DNA of 64,000 bases from Nemertoderma westbladi. Lineage: Eukaryota; Animalia; Xenacoelomorpha. The notes below the pieces were generated by a model. It was given only the letters and a program-made list of their open reading frames with translations. It was not told where the DNA came from and did no database searches. The stretch covers positions 106,384 to 170,383 of the forward strand of contig JAUCBJ010007696.1 in assembly GCA_032718475.1 (NCBI GenBank). The letters are read 5' to 3'. Shown here one piece after another: positions 25,867 to 40,100 of this stretch (positions within the stretch are counted from its first letter, which is position 1; each line of letters opens with the position of its first letter). A program made the position numbers and the translations under genes.

Positions 25867-27223
25867 GTTCAAAACTTCACCAGCTGATAGAGTATGATGA
25901 CTAAGTGTGGAATTGTATAAAAAAGTAAAATCCGACTAAAATAGAGTTAAGGCCTTAAGGCACTTCAGCTACGATATAATGTTCCAAATATTGTAAGTAT
26001 GTAAAATAAATTATCCAAAGGAATCTTCAATTTATAAGTCACGGCTCACGGGTTACCTACACCTGTTCCACAGCATATGCCAAACTCCCCTCCACACGTA
26101 TAAAAAGTTTGAAAAATATTTAGTAATGACCTCATCCCTATTACTTGAAGTATCTTTTAATCAATCGTGAGCTTAAATGGATCTATTAATAACACCCACG
26201 TGTCATTTAATGGCGTGCAAGTGTCGACAAATATCTCAATCAATCAATTACAGTTCCCTACTACTGTTATTTCCACAAGGACATACAGGAAGTCGCCTTT
26301 AAGACCTTCTTGAATAATGTATTGTAGTTGTCCGCTTTCTCATGACAATTTAGAGGTACGGTGGATTGTTGAAAGATTTTGTCCAGATAACTTACAGGTT
26401 CACAAACAAATAAGTGATAGAAACTGCACAAATTAAATTAGTTGCTGTATAAATAAATGTAAAAATGAAATAAATTATCTTATTAAAAAAAATCAGCTTA
26501 TATTTATGGTGGCGTTTGGAGCCATGTTAATATTTTATAGCTACTGGTTATTAATAGCTACAGGTAGGTAATGCAGTAGACATATCTTGCTGTCAGGCAA
26601 TTAATAATAAATACCTACTATTGTTTATGTCGTAACCATGACGGCGTAACTTTACAGCCTCTGAATTCTCAAATTAGTTTTTCGGTAAGTTGTTTCACAT
26701 TTGACACCAAAACAGACCATCAAACAAACAACAATTTCGAAATGTTTTGAACTATTTTCGGAATCAGTACCAAAAATTACTCTATATGTATCAAAACCAT
26801 AAATGAAGATCATTTTTGAGAAACTTTGAAAATTGTTCACTTTTGGTGCATGTTTGATCAGTTACAATAAGGAGGAAATTTTAATGTAATTTTTCTCGCG
26901 TTTAATTTTGTGGGACACTTTCTCTATATACTTTTTAACTACTCAATCGATTTTCGTTCTGTTTGGTGAATTATGTAGAGAATCATTAATTACGATCCAC
27001 GGGATACCCCACTGTCTTTCAAAATGGGAATGACTTCATCATGTCTATGCCCACTCAGCATCTGAGGTACCTTGACAATAATGTAGGAAGATCACCAATA
27101 AAGAACCTACTTGCAATGGAAAACTTTGGGGGACTAGAGATTTGATTGTTCTTCAAGGAGACCTCACAGGATGTGCACAAAACAATTTTAATTGTTCCAG
27201 AGCTGTTCTGGCTTCCACTATGA

Positions 27224-28110
27224 TGCTACTACTACTACTAGGATCGGCATGCTGTATTGCAGCTGCATTTTTAAGAATGCTGTGCCGGCTTGTCAACAAA
27301 ATTGCGCCGCCACAACTCCCTATCACCCATGACATTTGCTAGATCATCCGCATCTTCAAGGCCGGTGTCCTTTAACATGCGTGTCAAGAAAGTCATGGGC
27401 TGTCCACCATGCTTATTCACTCCATGAGGCTGCCAAAGTACAAGATTATGCACTGGCTGGTCCTCACGGCGATAACAATGTCCTGCAAAGCGGAGGCGAT
27501 TTTGTTCTAGTGTCAAGCTTGGGGGAACCAATGAGACACCTCCAATGTGTCTGGTTGGAGATGTGTGCATTGTATTTGACATAATGAACCCGGCGTAGCA
27601 TTCTTGTGAATGTGCCATCCAGAGATTTGGTGTCCTCAGCAGTTAGAGCCCAGCATGGACTCCCATAGAGAAGTACTGGAACTACTGCTGCTTTAAATAA
27701 TCGGACCTTAAGTTTCCGATTAATTCTCGGTGACTTCCAAATCCTGGAAAGCCTATTCAAGGCTGCCCATGCCTTTCCCTTACGTATTCGAAGGTCCTCA
27801 CCTGACTTCCGGATCCATGATCTCAGGTAACAGAAGTCGTCCACATGCTCGAGCATACCATCGTTTGAGCTTATGCTCATCCGATCAGAGACTTGCTGAG
27901 AACTTTCAAAGTTAACTGTCAAAAATTTGGTCTTTCTGGAGTTAATAAAAAGACCAACACTAGAAGCAGCATGTTCTAATGAGCTGAGAAGCCGTTGGGC
28001 TCCCTCTAGTGATTACGAGCGTGAGTACTCCAGCGAGTACTCCTAAGTCATCAGCAAAGTCTAGATCAGTTAGGTACTTGGCAGGATTTCCTCGACTTCT
28101 GGAGCCAGTA
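27224..28110 (-). mobile_element. 5'-truncated, frameshifted RTE-clade LINE (RT C-terminal half)
   Basis: Minus-strand translation gives YLTDLDFADDLG (~28045-28078), FCYL, KVRLFKAAVVPVLLYGS and RLRFAGHCYR across different frames; (TAG)n tail at 27224-27241. Confidence 0.88.
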
Positions 28111-28116
28111 GATGGA

Positions 28117-28420
28117 CAGTTTTGAATCTAATCACATGAAAGTTTTTTATATGATACATCAAATATGGGGCAACATAACTATCAGGTGAAATTTTGTGAA
28201 AATAATTCTACACCGCTAGGTGGCGCTGCAAATTTATGCTAAATTTTTAGGTTTGTTATAAATAGTAAATTTTATTAACAAAAAATTTCGAAAAGTTGTC
28301 TGATACTTTTATGCAGGGTGGCTATGTAGATACACCCACAGAAAGTTTCAGAATAATTGCTCAAAAATTGTAGAAGTAGTAGGGTTTTGAAGTTGACAAT
28401 TTCATAAAAAAAATATTTGT
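28117..28420 (+). repeat. Dispersed repeat (copy 1); inverted copy at 34515-34810
   Basis: CAGTTTTGAATCTAATCACATGAAAGTT...CACCGCTAGGTGGCGCTGCAAATTTATGCTAA...GTAGTAGGGTTTTGAAGTTGACAATTTCATAAAA matches the reverse complement of 34515-34810. Confidence 0.85.
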
Positions 28421-29022
28421 TATTATTTTCGACCTTTCCTTATACATAGTAATAGTAATTTCAATAGGATTCCCTAAATGGAAATTTATATAACTTGAGA
28501 ACTAAAAGAGCTATTAAATAGCGGTTTTCAGATTTGGAAACACCATTCAATGGTGCATTATAATAGATGATAAAAAAAAATTGGACATATTTTGGACCAA
28601 AATGGTGTACCCCCCCCCCCCCCCCCCCCCCCCCTTAAAAAAAACTTTCGCATTGGCAGCTTGGCATCGATGTCATAGAAGTCCACAGTCAAACTACTCA
28701 AAAAATTCAATGCATTCTTCAGTCCTCGGGTCTCGCTCATCGGTTAGTCCAGTTTGCCCGTAGCGCGAGCGTAGTAGCGATACCAAAATCCGAGGTCGCC
28801 AATGACACTGCATCAGACAGAGGCGGTGGCCTTGGTGGCGAGTTGTTTGAGTACCGGTACAATTACAAAACGTTGCTGGAAAACGTATTGCAGTATTCGG
28901 CAGTTTGGAAAATTTCTAACCTTTTACCAGTCTACATATGTACCAAGTTTGGATATATTTTATCGAGATTTGGCTGAGTTATTAACGTTTAAAATTGGAC
29001 ACAACAGATCAACAGAGCAACC

Positions 29023-29721
29023 GAGACACACCGATTGAGTAAGTGGTACCTGTATGCTAAGCTCGCTTACTTTCGTCGCTCGCCCCACAACAGACACACC
29101 GATTGAGTTAGTGGTACCTGTATGCTAAGCTCGCTTACTTTCGTCGCTCGCCCCACAACAGACACACCGATTGAGTTAGTGGTACCTACCTGTATGCTAA
29201 GCTCGCTTACTTTCGTCGCTCGCCCCACAACAGACACACCGATTGAGTTAGTGGTACCTGTATGCTAAGCTCGCTTACTTTCGTCGCTCGCCCCACAACA
29301 GACACACCGATTGAGTTAGTGGTACCTGTATGCTAAGCTCGCTTACTTTCGTCGCTCGCCCCACAACAGACACACCGATTGAGTTAGTGGTACCTACCTG
29401 TATGCTAAGCTCGCTTACTTTCGTCGCTCGCCCCACAACAGACACACCGATTGAGTTAGTGGTACCTGTATGCTAAGCTCGCTTACTTTCGTCGCTCGCC
29501 CCACAACAGACACACCGATTGAGTTAGTGGTACCTGTATGCTAAGCTCGCTTACTTTCGTCGCTCGCCCCACAACAGACACACCGATTGAGTTAGTGGTA
29601 CCTACCTGTATGCTAAGCTCGCTTACTTTCGTCGCTCGCCCCACAACAGACACACCGATTGAGTTAGTGGTACCTGTATGCTAAGCTCGCTTACTTTCGT
29701 CGCTCGCCCCACAACAGACAC
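29023..29721. repeat. Tandem array of 68/72-bp units, 10 copies, trimeric higher-order structure
   Basis: Unit CAGACACACCGATTGAGTTAGTGGTACC(TACC)TGTATGCTAAGCTCGCTTACTTTCGTCGCTCGCCCCACAA; the TACC insertion is in copies 3, 6 and 9. Confidence 0.97.
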
Positions 29722-30334
29722 GAATCTGATCACGAATGAAACTGGAATACATCGCACCTTGTTGATTAGGGCATTTTTGGATATGTGTCAATGAACGGCA
29801 CGAAAAATACAAAGTAGCACAAATTTGATAATCAAAAATCACCAAATCAACCTGAATTTAAGACATTATGACGATAATCGATCGTTTAGGGCGATAATCT
29901 CGAATATGACACTCAAAAATATCGTATTATCTAACCAAATTAGATTTTTGCCGTTTGAAATTTTATGTTACTTGTATTTTTTTGTGTTGTATTGTATTTT
30001 TTTAAAACCAGTATAGCTTCAGAATTACCAAACCAAAGGCAAAATTTAACAGTTGTAATTTTTTGCTACGAAAATTTCTGGTCACGAAAATTGGGTGTGC
30101 ATTACTGGAAATATTTATAACTAGTTTCATCGTGACAAAAAAAGTATAGCGTTTTTTCACTATTCTCGAGGCATTATATTAACGAGCACCAGAGAAGTTA
30201 ATAATGTGTCGAGAGAATATAGTTTCCATACTGTGATTCAAATTATTGTACTCTTCAACTCCTGATGCTGCTTTACTCAATGTTAAATAATTTAGTGTTC
30301 TCGAATATTTATACGTAACTACAGATCCGTTTAA

Positions 30335-31371
30335 GGCCCCGGTAGCGCTACTTCAATAATTTTTTGCAAAACATTTTTTTAATTTCATCTAGAGCAGATT
30401 TTAATCAAGATTCCAAATTTGAAAACCCTTTAGCAAGATCTGTCTTACTTCTCGAAATATTGCTGTCTGTCCGTTTTACTGTCGGTTTGTCCGTCAGTAT
30501 GTCTGTCCGTCAATAAAAAACATACGATCTGTCTAAAAAATTCCCTGTATGGGTTTTCGTTGTCGGTGACTTCATTTCTGATGTCATTAATCAAATTTGG
30601 CCTCGTCGGTTCTGTCTGTATGCCTGTCAGTCTGTCTGTCAAAATATAACCGACAGTCTGACAGCCAAACAGACAATTTGGACGTCATGAAATGTTAAAA
30701 TTGACACTCGAAATAAATTCTGCGACCAGGAAAACCCCTATAGTTAAACTTTTAGCTCAATGCTGTGCCTTTTTCTAATATTTGACAGACAGATAAGTCG
30801 GATGGTCAGAAAGACCGACAGACAAACATACATACAAACTAGATTTAATTAAAATTGAAAACTGACCTCAGAAATCAATCAGCGACCAGGAAAACCCCCA
30901 TAGCAAAATTCTTAGCATGGTTTTATGATTGATTAATATGATTGATTGATTGATATGATTGTTTTATTCCAATATGGAAATAAATGGCCAAAATTGAATA
31001 AAATATTGATAATTTTTAATTTGTCAAAATTAAACAATAAACAAAACAAAAAACAGCACCAAAATGACAATTGTTAATTAATTTTCGAAATTTTACTTTG
31101 AGATATAGAAAGAGCATACAAACATTTTTGATACGATTTAAAAAATTAGAAAGAAAAATACTAAAGATTGAATCTGCTGAAGGTTTTTGGATTTTTGTCC
31201 AAAAATTTGTCAATATTTTTCCAAATTTTTGAAAAATTTGAATTTTTTATTTTTATTCATAATTACAAATCTTCCACTGACCTTCATACAAAGTTATGGT
31301 CGTTTCTGACAATGAGAAGTTGCTCTAACAAGGCAATATAAAAATTATGTCCATGTAGCGCTACCGGGGCC
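30335..31371. mobile_element. Non-autonomous TIR element, Kolobok-like (~1.04 kb), containing a nested repeat
   Basis: TIR GGCCCCGGTAGCGCTAC...GTAGCGCTACCGGGGCC flanked by TTAA and TTAC. A TTAA target with purine-purine ends fits Kolobok; the right TSD is imperfect. Confidence 0.65.
30430..30925. repeat. Dispersed repeat (copy 2 of 17520-17990)
   Basis: Co-linear similarity, e.g. ATCTGTCTAAAAAATTCC and TCGGTGACTTCATTTCTGATGTCATT are shared. Confidence 0.75.
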
Positions 31372-33347
31372 TTACTACTGTACATAACATAAACCAATAT
31401 TGGATCATTGAGTTCCGTTATGGAGTTCTCCTTGCAGACACTAAAGGTGCAATAACTTTTGAGTGTGTGGATGGATTTTTCTCAAATTACATCCCCTCTT
31501 CTACTTTGATACTCTTTCATCAATACATGTAATTTAATTTAAGAAATCCCGCCAAAAATATTTTATTTTACTTTTTTCGCCGGTAATGCTACCCTATGGT
31601 AATAGGGAAAAAAGTGAAACCTTTTATCCCAATTTTGGGGTATATTCGAGCGAAAAAGTAAACCCCACAAGCCCAAATTTTGTGGGCTCTTTTCGACCTT
31701 TTAGTTAATAATAATCATAATAATGGTTTCGATTTGACCGTAAAAAATGTCAAGCAATGATGTCCTATATTACATCGAAAATAAAGTTTTTTGCTTCTCC
31801 TGTAAAATGACAAAAATGGAGTTAGTTAAAACCGAAAAGTGAAAACATGGTACTCTTCGCATCATAGGGGGGGGGGGGGGGGGGGGATATTTGTTATTTT
31901 CATGGTTTGTTGGAAAGATAATATGGGGTTATGAGGAATTCAAATCAGTAAAGCCATTTGAGGTCACCAGTTCGTTCCCATTTCGGCCGACATAATTAGC
32001 CTAAGGAACCCAATATAATGTGAAATTTGATTGACAATAATAAATATTGGTTTTATTTACGACTATTACATAAACTCGAACAAACACAATGTTATAATAA
32101 TGTAAATGACATATATTAGTACTTAATTCAACCATGGCGTACAGCTAATTCGCACCTCAAGTAGAACTCTATTAGACACATAATCTATCAGCGGCTGCCA
32201 ATAGAATCCACAAAATAACTAAATCTACATCGAACAAACAAAATTACATGATAATTAATTAATGGTAAATGTTCTGAAATATTGCCAACAAACAATACGA
32301 AAATTCATAAAAAGATCTATACAATTTGCATTGAAAATAAAACATTTACGGTACACAAGCTTTTGTATGAAATGTCTACAATAAAAGGCCCCAGTAACTG
32401 TGTTTGTGTAATATAAATAATGAATTATACACTGATATACAGTATACATAAACTGAAAAGTGATCACCTATAGAAACTGAAAGGATTATGTGCACAGCTG
32501 ATTGATCCACCAGTTTTTTTTTATAATGAGATTACAAAAAGAATATACAATTCAGTGAGTCAGTTAACCTATAATGAAAATGAAAAGTGCAACATCATAT
32601 TGGTTATATGTCACGCTAGTTGCTACGGTATCTGCAACATATCGTACCTAAAAGTCATTGCTATGCCAATAACAATATTGCCCCTCTTGTGTTGTTACGA
32701 GTGGCGAACCAGGTGCCAGGGGCAACGATCAGAATTTCTATAATAAAACTTAAATTCAAAATAATTAATTCACACTTTGATCGCTGAGAAAGTGCTTGAA
32801 ATTTCGGCACGAAATGACAACTTTAAATCACTATACACTTCAATAGGCAATACAATAACGCTTCATTCGTTGGAATTAGAACAATAATTTATTAGTAAAC
32901 CATTATATTAGTGAAGTTAAATTATTGTTAATAGGGTTTACTGCAGATGTATAAACTGCATAAATCCAATGATATTAATCATCCACAGAAACTTTATCTT
33001 AACACCGACATTGAGAACTTACAGAGGGCTTGTGATGTATCTATCCTTGTACAGATTGTCTCACTACATCATCCTGGGTCTTATGACCCCAAAGGCAGTA
33101 AAATCATACAATCATTTTTTTTTAATTTAATAGAATCTGCCCAGGTATAGAGAGATACATTCCTTGATGTAATAACAAGTTTAAACTTTATATAGATACG
33201 TCCGTGGTAAATTGCTCATTTAAATTGGAAAGATTTTATGATATGAATATTGCGCTACTTTTGATGAAACGATTCATACGTTTAGAAAAATTTAAACATC
33301 ATTATATTCTTTAAAATGTCCCCCCTTTATTGTTCGCATAATAAAGT

Positions 33348-34476
33348 GCGGATAATAAAGACTTTAATGACCGCATTTGTGGATAATAAAGACTTTAATG
33401 CCCGCATTTGCGGATAATAAAGACTTTAATGCCAGCATTTGTGGATATTAAAGACTTTAATGCCCGCATTTGTGGATAATAAAGACTTTAATGCCCGCAT
33501 TTGTGGATAATAAAGACTTTAATGCCCGCATTTGCGGATAATAAAGACTTTAATGCCCGCATTTGTGGATAATAAAGACTTTAATGCCAGCATTTGTGGA
33601 TAATAAAGATTTTAATGCCCGCATTTGTGGATAATAAAGACTTTAATGCCCGCATTTGTGGATAATAAAGACTTTAATGCCAGCATTTGTGGATAATAAA
33701 GATTTTAATGCCCGCATTTGTGGATAATAAAGACTTTAATGCCCGCATTTGCGGATAATAAAGACTTTAATGCCCGCATTTGTGGATAATAAAGACTTTA
33801 ATGACCGCATTTGCGGATAATAAAGACTTTAATGCCCGCATTTGTGGATATTAAAGACTTTAATGCCCGCATTTGCGGATAATAAAGACTTTAATGCCCG
33901 CATTTGTGGATAATAAAGACTTTAATGCCCGCATTTGTGGATAATAAAGACTTTAATGCCCGCATTTGTGGATAATAAAGACTTTAATGCCCGCATTTGT
34001 GGATAATAAAGACTTTAATGCCCGCATTTGTGGATAATAAAGACTTTAATGCCCGCATTTGTGGATAATAAAGACTTTAATGCCCGCATTTGTGGATAAT
34101 AAAGACTTTAATGCCCGCATTTGCGGATAATAAAGACTTTAATGCCCGCATTTGTGGATAATAAAGACTTTAATGCCCGCATTTGTGGATAATAAAGACT
34201 TTAATGCCCGCATTTGTGGATAATAAAGACTTTAATGCCCGCATTTGCGGATAATAAAGACTTTAATGCCCGCATTTGTGGATAATAAAGACTTTAATGC
34301 CCGCATTTGCGGATAATAAAGACTTTAATGCCCGCATTTGTGGATATTAAAGACTTTAATGCCCGCATTTGCGGATAATAAAGACTTTAATGCCCGCATT
34401 TGCGGATAATAAAGACTTTAATGCCCGCATTTGCGGACAATAAAGACTTTAATTAATGTCCGCATTTGCGGACAAT
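33348..34476. repeat. 31-bp minisatellite, ~36 copies
   Basis: Unit GGATAATAAAGACTTTAATGCCCGCATTTG(T/C), head-to-tail; ends in palindrome TGTCCGCATTTGCGGACA. Confidence 0.97.
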
Positions 34477-34514
34477 TATTTAAGAATAATGACAGGTCTT
34501 CTATCTCACAATAT

Positions 34515-34810
34515 TATTTATGAAATTGTCAACTTCAAAACCCTACTACTTACTACAATTTTTGAGATATTAGTCTGAAAATTTCTGTGGGTGTCTACAT
34601 AACAATCTTGCATAAAAGTATCAAACAACTTTTTGAAATTTTTAGTTAATAAAATTTAATACAATTTATAACAAACCTAAAATTAGCATAAATTTGCAGC
34701 GCCACCTAGCGGTGCAGAATCATTTGCACAAAATATCGTCTGATAGATTTGTTGCCCATCTTTGATCTATCATATAAGAAAACTTTCATGTGATTAGATT
34801 CAAAACTGTA
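34515..34810 (-). repeat. Dispersed repeat (copy 2, inverted relative to 28117-28420)
   Basis: Reverse-complement match to 28117-28420 including GCAGCGCCACCTAGCGGTG. Confidence 0.85.
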
Positions 34811-37167
34811 AAAGCCTTAGGGGTTTAAGCGCAACCAAGTTTTTTCATTGTTAACTAGTATTAACAATAATTAAATAGCGAAAAATAATTTCTTCTGACC
34901 TGTCATGTAGAATAGTATCTTGGTAAGCCTACCTATATTCCAAATTATAGTCAAAACCAAACAATTTTGAATCGCTGAGAGTTATAAATAGAAGAGTTGT
35001 CTGAAAATTGTGTACTACCCCCCCCCCCCCCCCCCCTCCTTAAATTGGTACTTTTTTGTTTCTCAACGCTCTAATAGAGCGATAGTGTTACAAAATACAT
35101 TGAGCTGTAGTATTTTACTATATTGCTCCGTACCGTCGCCGTACCCATAGGCGACTAAATCACCTGTCTGCATGTCCAGGTTTTGAACTGCGCATCACGA
35201 CTCTTTTAGGCCTAGTTTTAGTAATATACTGGTATTTTTATGTAGGCCTATATTGTTATTGTTATTCTTGTTACCTAGGCTACGTCAGCTGGTGGTGGGA
35301 CAATGTCTGTTTTATATATTATATGAAATAATAAACTAATCTGTATAATACATATAATATTAAATAAATATAATTATATAGTTATTAGTATGGTTATTAA
35401 ATAAATATAAAAATTTATTCAAGAATTTTACTATATTGCTCCCATAGTGACTGCGATTCCAACAGTGTACTCCGTTAATTTTTTGCAATAATATTATTTT
35501 GCTAACTACTTTTTTTTTTCACTTTTCTCGAGGCATTTTATTTACCGAGCGCCAGCGAGGTCAATAAAGGGTCGAGATTTCAAAATTGTTTGGTTTTGAC
35601 TATAATTTGGAATATAGGTAAGGTAGCCCTACCTAAGATACTAATGTTTCCAAAGTAATACATAATTATTGCAAAAAATGTGTATTTTGTTGTCCTCTTT
35701 GTAATCCTCATTTACTCGAAATAGTTTTTAATTATTTTTCGAGGCCGTTTAAAAAGTCGAACAAAAAAGATACTTTCTTTTTGTAAAATGAATAATTAAT
35801 TAACTGAAAAACTAATTAAACTGATTAATTAAACTAATTAATTAACTGATTAATTTAAACTGAATTATATGGCCGTACAATTATTATTCCCTGAATCCAA
35901 AAAATATAATCCCACTTTAAATCCCGAAGTATAAACGGTGAAGTAAAGTTGTTGAATATTGCGACTACTTCTGAAATTAATATATTATATTGAAATCATA
36001 AGTAAATAATATCCAGATATAGAGACCCAGTGATAAACAATAAATTTACTTATATTATTCCATCACACTAAATAAAATTCATCGATGCAATTTCAAGTGA
36101 TAAAAGATAATTATAAAGTTGACCAAAATCGGCATCTTTCCTACACCACCACTTAACCAGTTTAAATACTAATTCCGTACCGTATCTGCTCTATTCCGGT
36201 AAATACGGTATTAATATTAACATTATTTATTTTTGCTTTACGCTTTTTTTCTTTAAGTAAATTTATTGTTTTACGAACTGTAAGTGTTAGTAGGCGTGTT
36301 ACTAATTTTTAAATGGCGAGGCCTGTATTCAACAAAGTAATCGTTAGCGAAAACTGAAACATCTATAATTATTACGACGAAAGGTTTATAATATTAAGAT
36401 GTGTATAGAGCGGACTGCAGGTCACTATTTACAGATAATCTATTATGATGTCGGAATAATATCTGAGAAGATTTCGTGAAGAATCCCAAAACACACGGGC
36501 CGCCACTGGCAGATCAAGTTGTTCGAGTAGAAATCTGATTTTGAGTGAGAACATTTACAAAGAAAAATCAGGTATTTATAGGAGGTGCCGGAATTCTCTA
36601 CAACTGAATTCCAAAATGAATTAACAAGAATTATGCAAATTGTATCAATAATGAGTTTATGGTATAAAATATTTGGCCATCGAACTCATTTTATTCGCAT
36701 TCGGGTAGAGATGCGACACGATAATAAGGGAAACAATAATCGTAATAACCCAACGCAACAGTATAAGTGCAGTGTAATTAATTGCAACAAAAACATTCTG
36801 AATAAACGTTACACGGGCAATCAACAAAAATAATATAAAAAAAGTGGCACACAGAGTCTCGAGCTCTATATGAAATACACCAGCAACACCATTTAATAAA
36901 CAATTATTAATTGTAGAGTTAAAGATTTATTGAACTATTCAATAACATCCATTATCGTTTCATTTAAAAAACTCATCCTTAGATTATCCATCTAAATCCA
37001 TCCATTAGCACCCCCCCCCCCCCCATCTTTACACCCCATCCACACCCTCTCCAGTTTTTACGACCCAACTATCTCTTAACTCTACCACCCCCAATACCAC
37101 ACACTTTCAACTTTACAACCCAATTCCACCCTCTCTCAACTCTACCACCCCAATTCCACCCCTTGGT

Positions 37168-40100
37168 CTACGACAGATGGAAGGACAACAACCCCTCCTG
37201 CGCCGCCAGTCGTAGTTTCTCTCTCATCACGTGTTTGCTCGAGTAGTCTGGTAGTTTGAGATAGTTAACGCAAGTCATCACGGACGGGAGATAGTCGTCG
37301 GGATTGTCCGGAGCCTCGTAGGACTTCTTGACGACGGTTAGGAGCGGGTTGAGCGCGCGGAACCCTCCGATAGGAAGTCGGGGACTCCCGGTAACGAACT
37401 GGAGGAATCTACGCTGCTCCTCTCGGGAGTACTCGCACAGTATCTCGGAGAGATGCCGGACGGCCTGACTGCTGCTGGTGTAGCCGTGATCCGGACGGAA
37501 GGACTCCGCCAGACTCTTAGCGTCCCATTCGTAGCCGCTCTTCCCACCGCACAGCAGGTCCTCCAACTCCTGAGCCTGGAAGGTGGCGAGGTGCGATAGA
37601 GGGAGCACCGTCTGGAACCCCTCCTTGAGCGCCTCGATCTGGCGTTTAACTCCCTCGTAGAGGATCCAATGGACCGAGAGTTTCAGATAATCCTGTAGAT
37701 TATGAATGGTAACGTCTTTATCCTTGCCATCTTTACACAACTCGATCTGCGGGTATCCAGGCAGCACGAAGTTCAACCCGAGGTCGTCTACTCGATCCGA
37801 CAACTCAGCCAACGCCTCCTGCAGCGGTAGACCGCCTCTGCTGTCTGGCTGCTCATCCAACATCTGTTTGGTTGCAACCATCTGCGAGAGATCCAGTAAC
37901 GAACGGTGTAGCACCACGTCTACGTGCTGTACATCCGCCAGACAGAAGGACTCCTGTTCCCCTAGCAACCAGCGGTAGAAGGACACCGAGAAAGACATAT
38001 CAAGGAGACGGAAGTCTAGGAGAGCCTTGGCGAGGAAGCGGCCGAGGAATCTGAACTTCTGTTTGAGTCGCGTCAGCGGTCCCAGTTTCATTGTGCGGGG
38101 CACCGGGGCGGGGAACAGCCCCGAGGGTGCGTGCACGTAGGTGATGCACTCCTCGACACCGGCACCCGTGGTGTTGGGAACCTGGATCGATTCGCCCCGC
38201 CACAGGTTCAGCTCGGAGCGCTGCAGGTCCTTGGAGACGAGTGCGTAGAACTCGAGAGTGGGCCCGAGTCCCGTGCCGACTTCGTTCTCGAAGCTGATAT
38301 CGAGGATCGCCTTGGGGTTGCCCATATCGATGAAGATCTGCTCCGCCTGGTGAAGCAGATTCTCCCGGGAGACGATCTTCTTCACTTTATCAACCCGCGG
38401 GCCGACATGGTCGTTAGCAGTCGCGCCGCCGTCCTGCGATTCCGATTGCAGCCTCATGAGGGCGCGCTCCCGGTCGAAGGCCGTCGCGTAGAGGAGCAGC
38501 TGACGGCAGTCGAAGGGGAAGAGGAACGGGCAGGATGTAGTAACTTGGGCCAACCAGCTGGGAAGATTCCCTGTCGCGATAACGAATGGGTCGTGCAGCT
38601 GACGGGATAACTTTGTGAACAGCTTGGGGCAGTGGAAGTCGGTGGCTAAGAGGGCGGGATGGGGTAGCATACAGGGGTAGAGGCAGTGCCAGTGGGTGGC
38701 GATAGCGTGTAGCACTCGGAGCAACCCCATCACCTCGAGGGCGGGGTCCTGGAACGGCAGGGCGACCAACGCCTGGTTGATCCCGAGGTCCAACGCATTC
38801 CGTTTGATAACCTTAGCGGGACTGGGCCAGGGGTCCTCCGAACTCGTCAACTTCCCTCCGAGTTTCCCGGGCATGCTGAAGGTTTTGGGCCGTTTCGTGG
38901 TCCGTTCCTCCAACTCCGTCTGGGAGACCTTGTAGTGCAACGTGTGCACGTGGTTCCACATTCCCGTGTTGCTGAACAGACCCGATTCCTCGTCGGTGCT
39001 CTCCTCCCCTTGATGCGTCGAGTATTGGCGCACCGCGTGGTAGATGGTCATGTTCTTAGGGAGCAGATGTTCTCCGATGTAGAACTCGAGGCTGACATTC
39101 TGGGAACTCGTCGCGAACTCCAGATAGTCATCCATATCATCCTCGCTGACGTCGTCGTCGCTACTCATGTCCAGTTTGGAGCCGCGGTGCCCACCGAAGC
39201 CACGGGACAGGAGGTATCGCTCCACAGAATGGACCACGGCCAATGGATCCACCTGGATCGGACCGCTCTTCCATTGCTTCGCCTGCGAGCAGCTTGGATG
39301 CCGACTCAACTGACACCGCAGCTGATGACTGCTAAGGAAGTTGAGAACGCTGTTATGAGCGCCGGACAAGTGCCCGGGAGAGCCGGACAACATCGAGTGG
39401 TGGACAATATTGCCGAGTCGACTGAGGTATCTCATATTAACTTCATGGACTTTGATTGGAAATTGTTCCAGTTGTGCGACGCATCCCACCAGCTTCGTGA
39501 CAAGCGCCTTGAAGTTCTGCGACGAGATGACGCAGTTGAGAGTGTAACTGTTTCCGAGAGGACAGCCGAGGAACACGTGAACGAAACTGCGGAGTCGCAA
39601 GGTTCGAGAGACCCCGTCGATATCGCCAGGTTGCGACAAGTAGCGGTGGAGATGCGAAACGATCCCACTGTGGTGAACCTCGAAGGCCGTGACATCTGTC
39701 TCCGTAACAACCGCGGCAATCTGTTCGAGCGGCATGAGCCCAGCGGTGCGACAGTTAGACAGCCCATCCGCGGCCTCACTCAACGTGGCGAGCACCTTGA
39801 GAGCGGGATGACTCTCCCCCTTAATCCCCTCGCCGAAGTGCGTCTGAGTGAAGCTAAAGGCCTGCTCCTTCAACCAGTTGCGCACTTTATCCCGGGTGCT
39901 GCTCTCCTCCGCCGTCTGCGTTGGTGGCCGAGGACTGCGGGACTCCGGTGCTGACTTGTTACTCCGACCCCATCGCGCCGGATTGAAGTTGGATAGGAAG
40001 GACTTCCCCCCGGAGGAACTCTGCTTCCTGGAGGAGCTTAGCGACGATGTGGATTGCCCGAGGTCCTCGCTGTTCGCCCTACTACGGGTTTTTGGCCCCT

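Noticed and set aside
29023-29721. CRISPR-like array
   Set aside because: Units are identical head-to-tail with no spacers.
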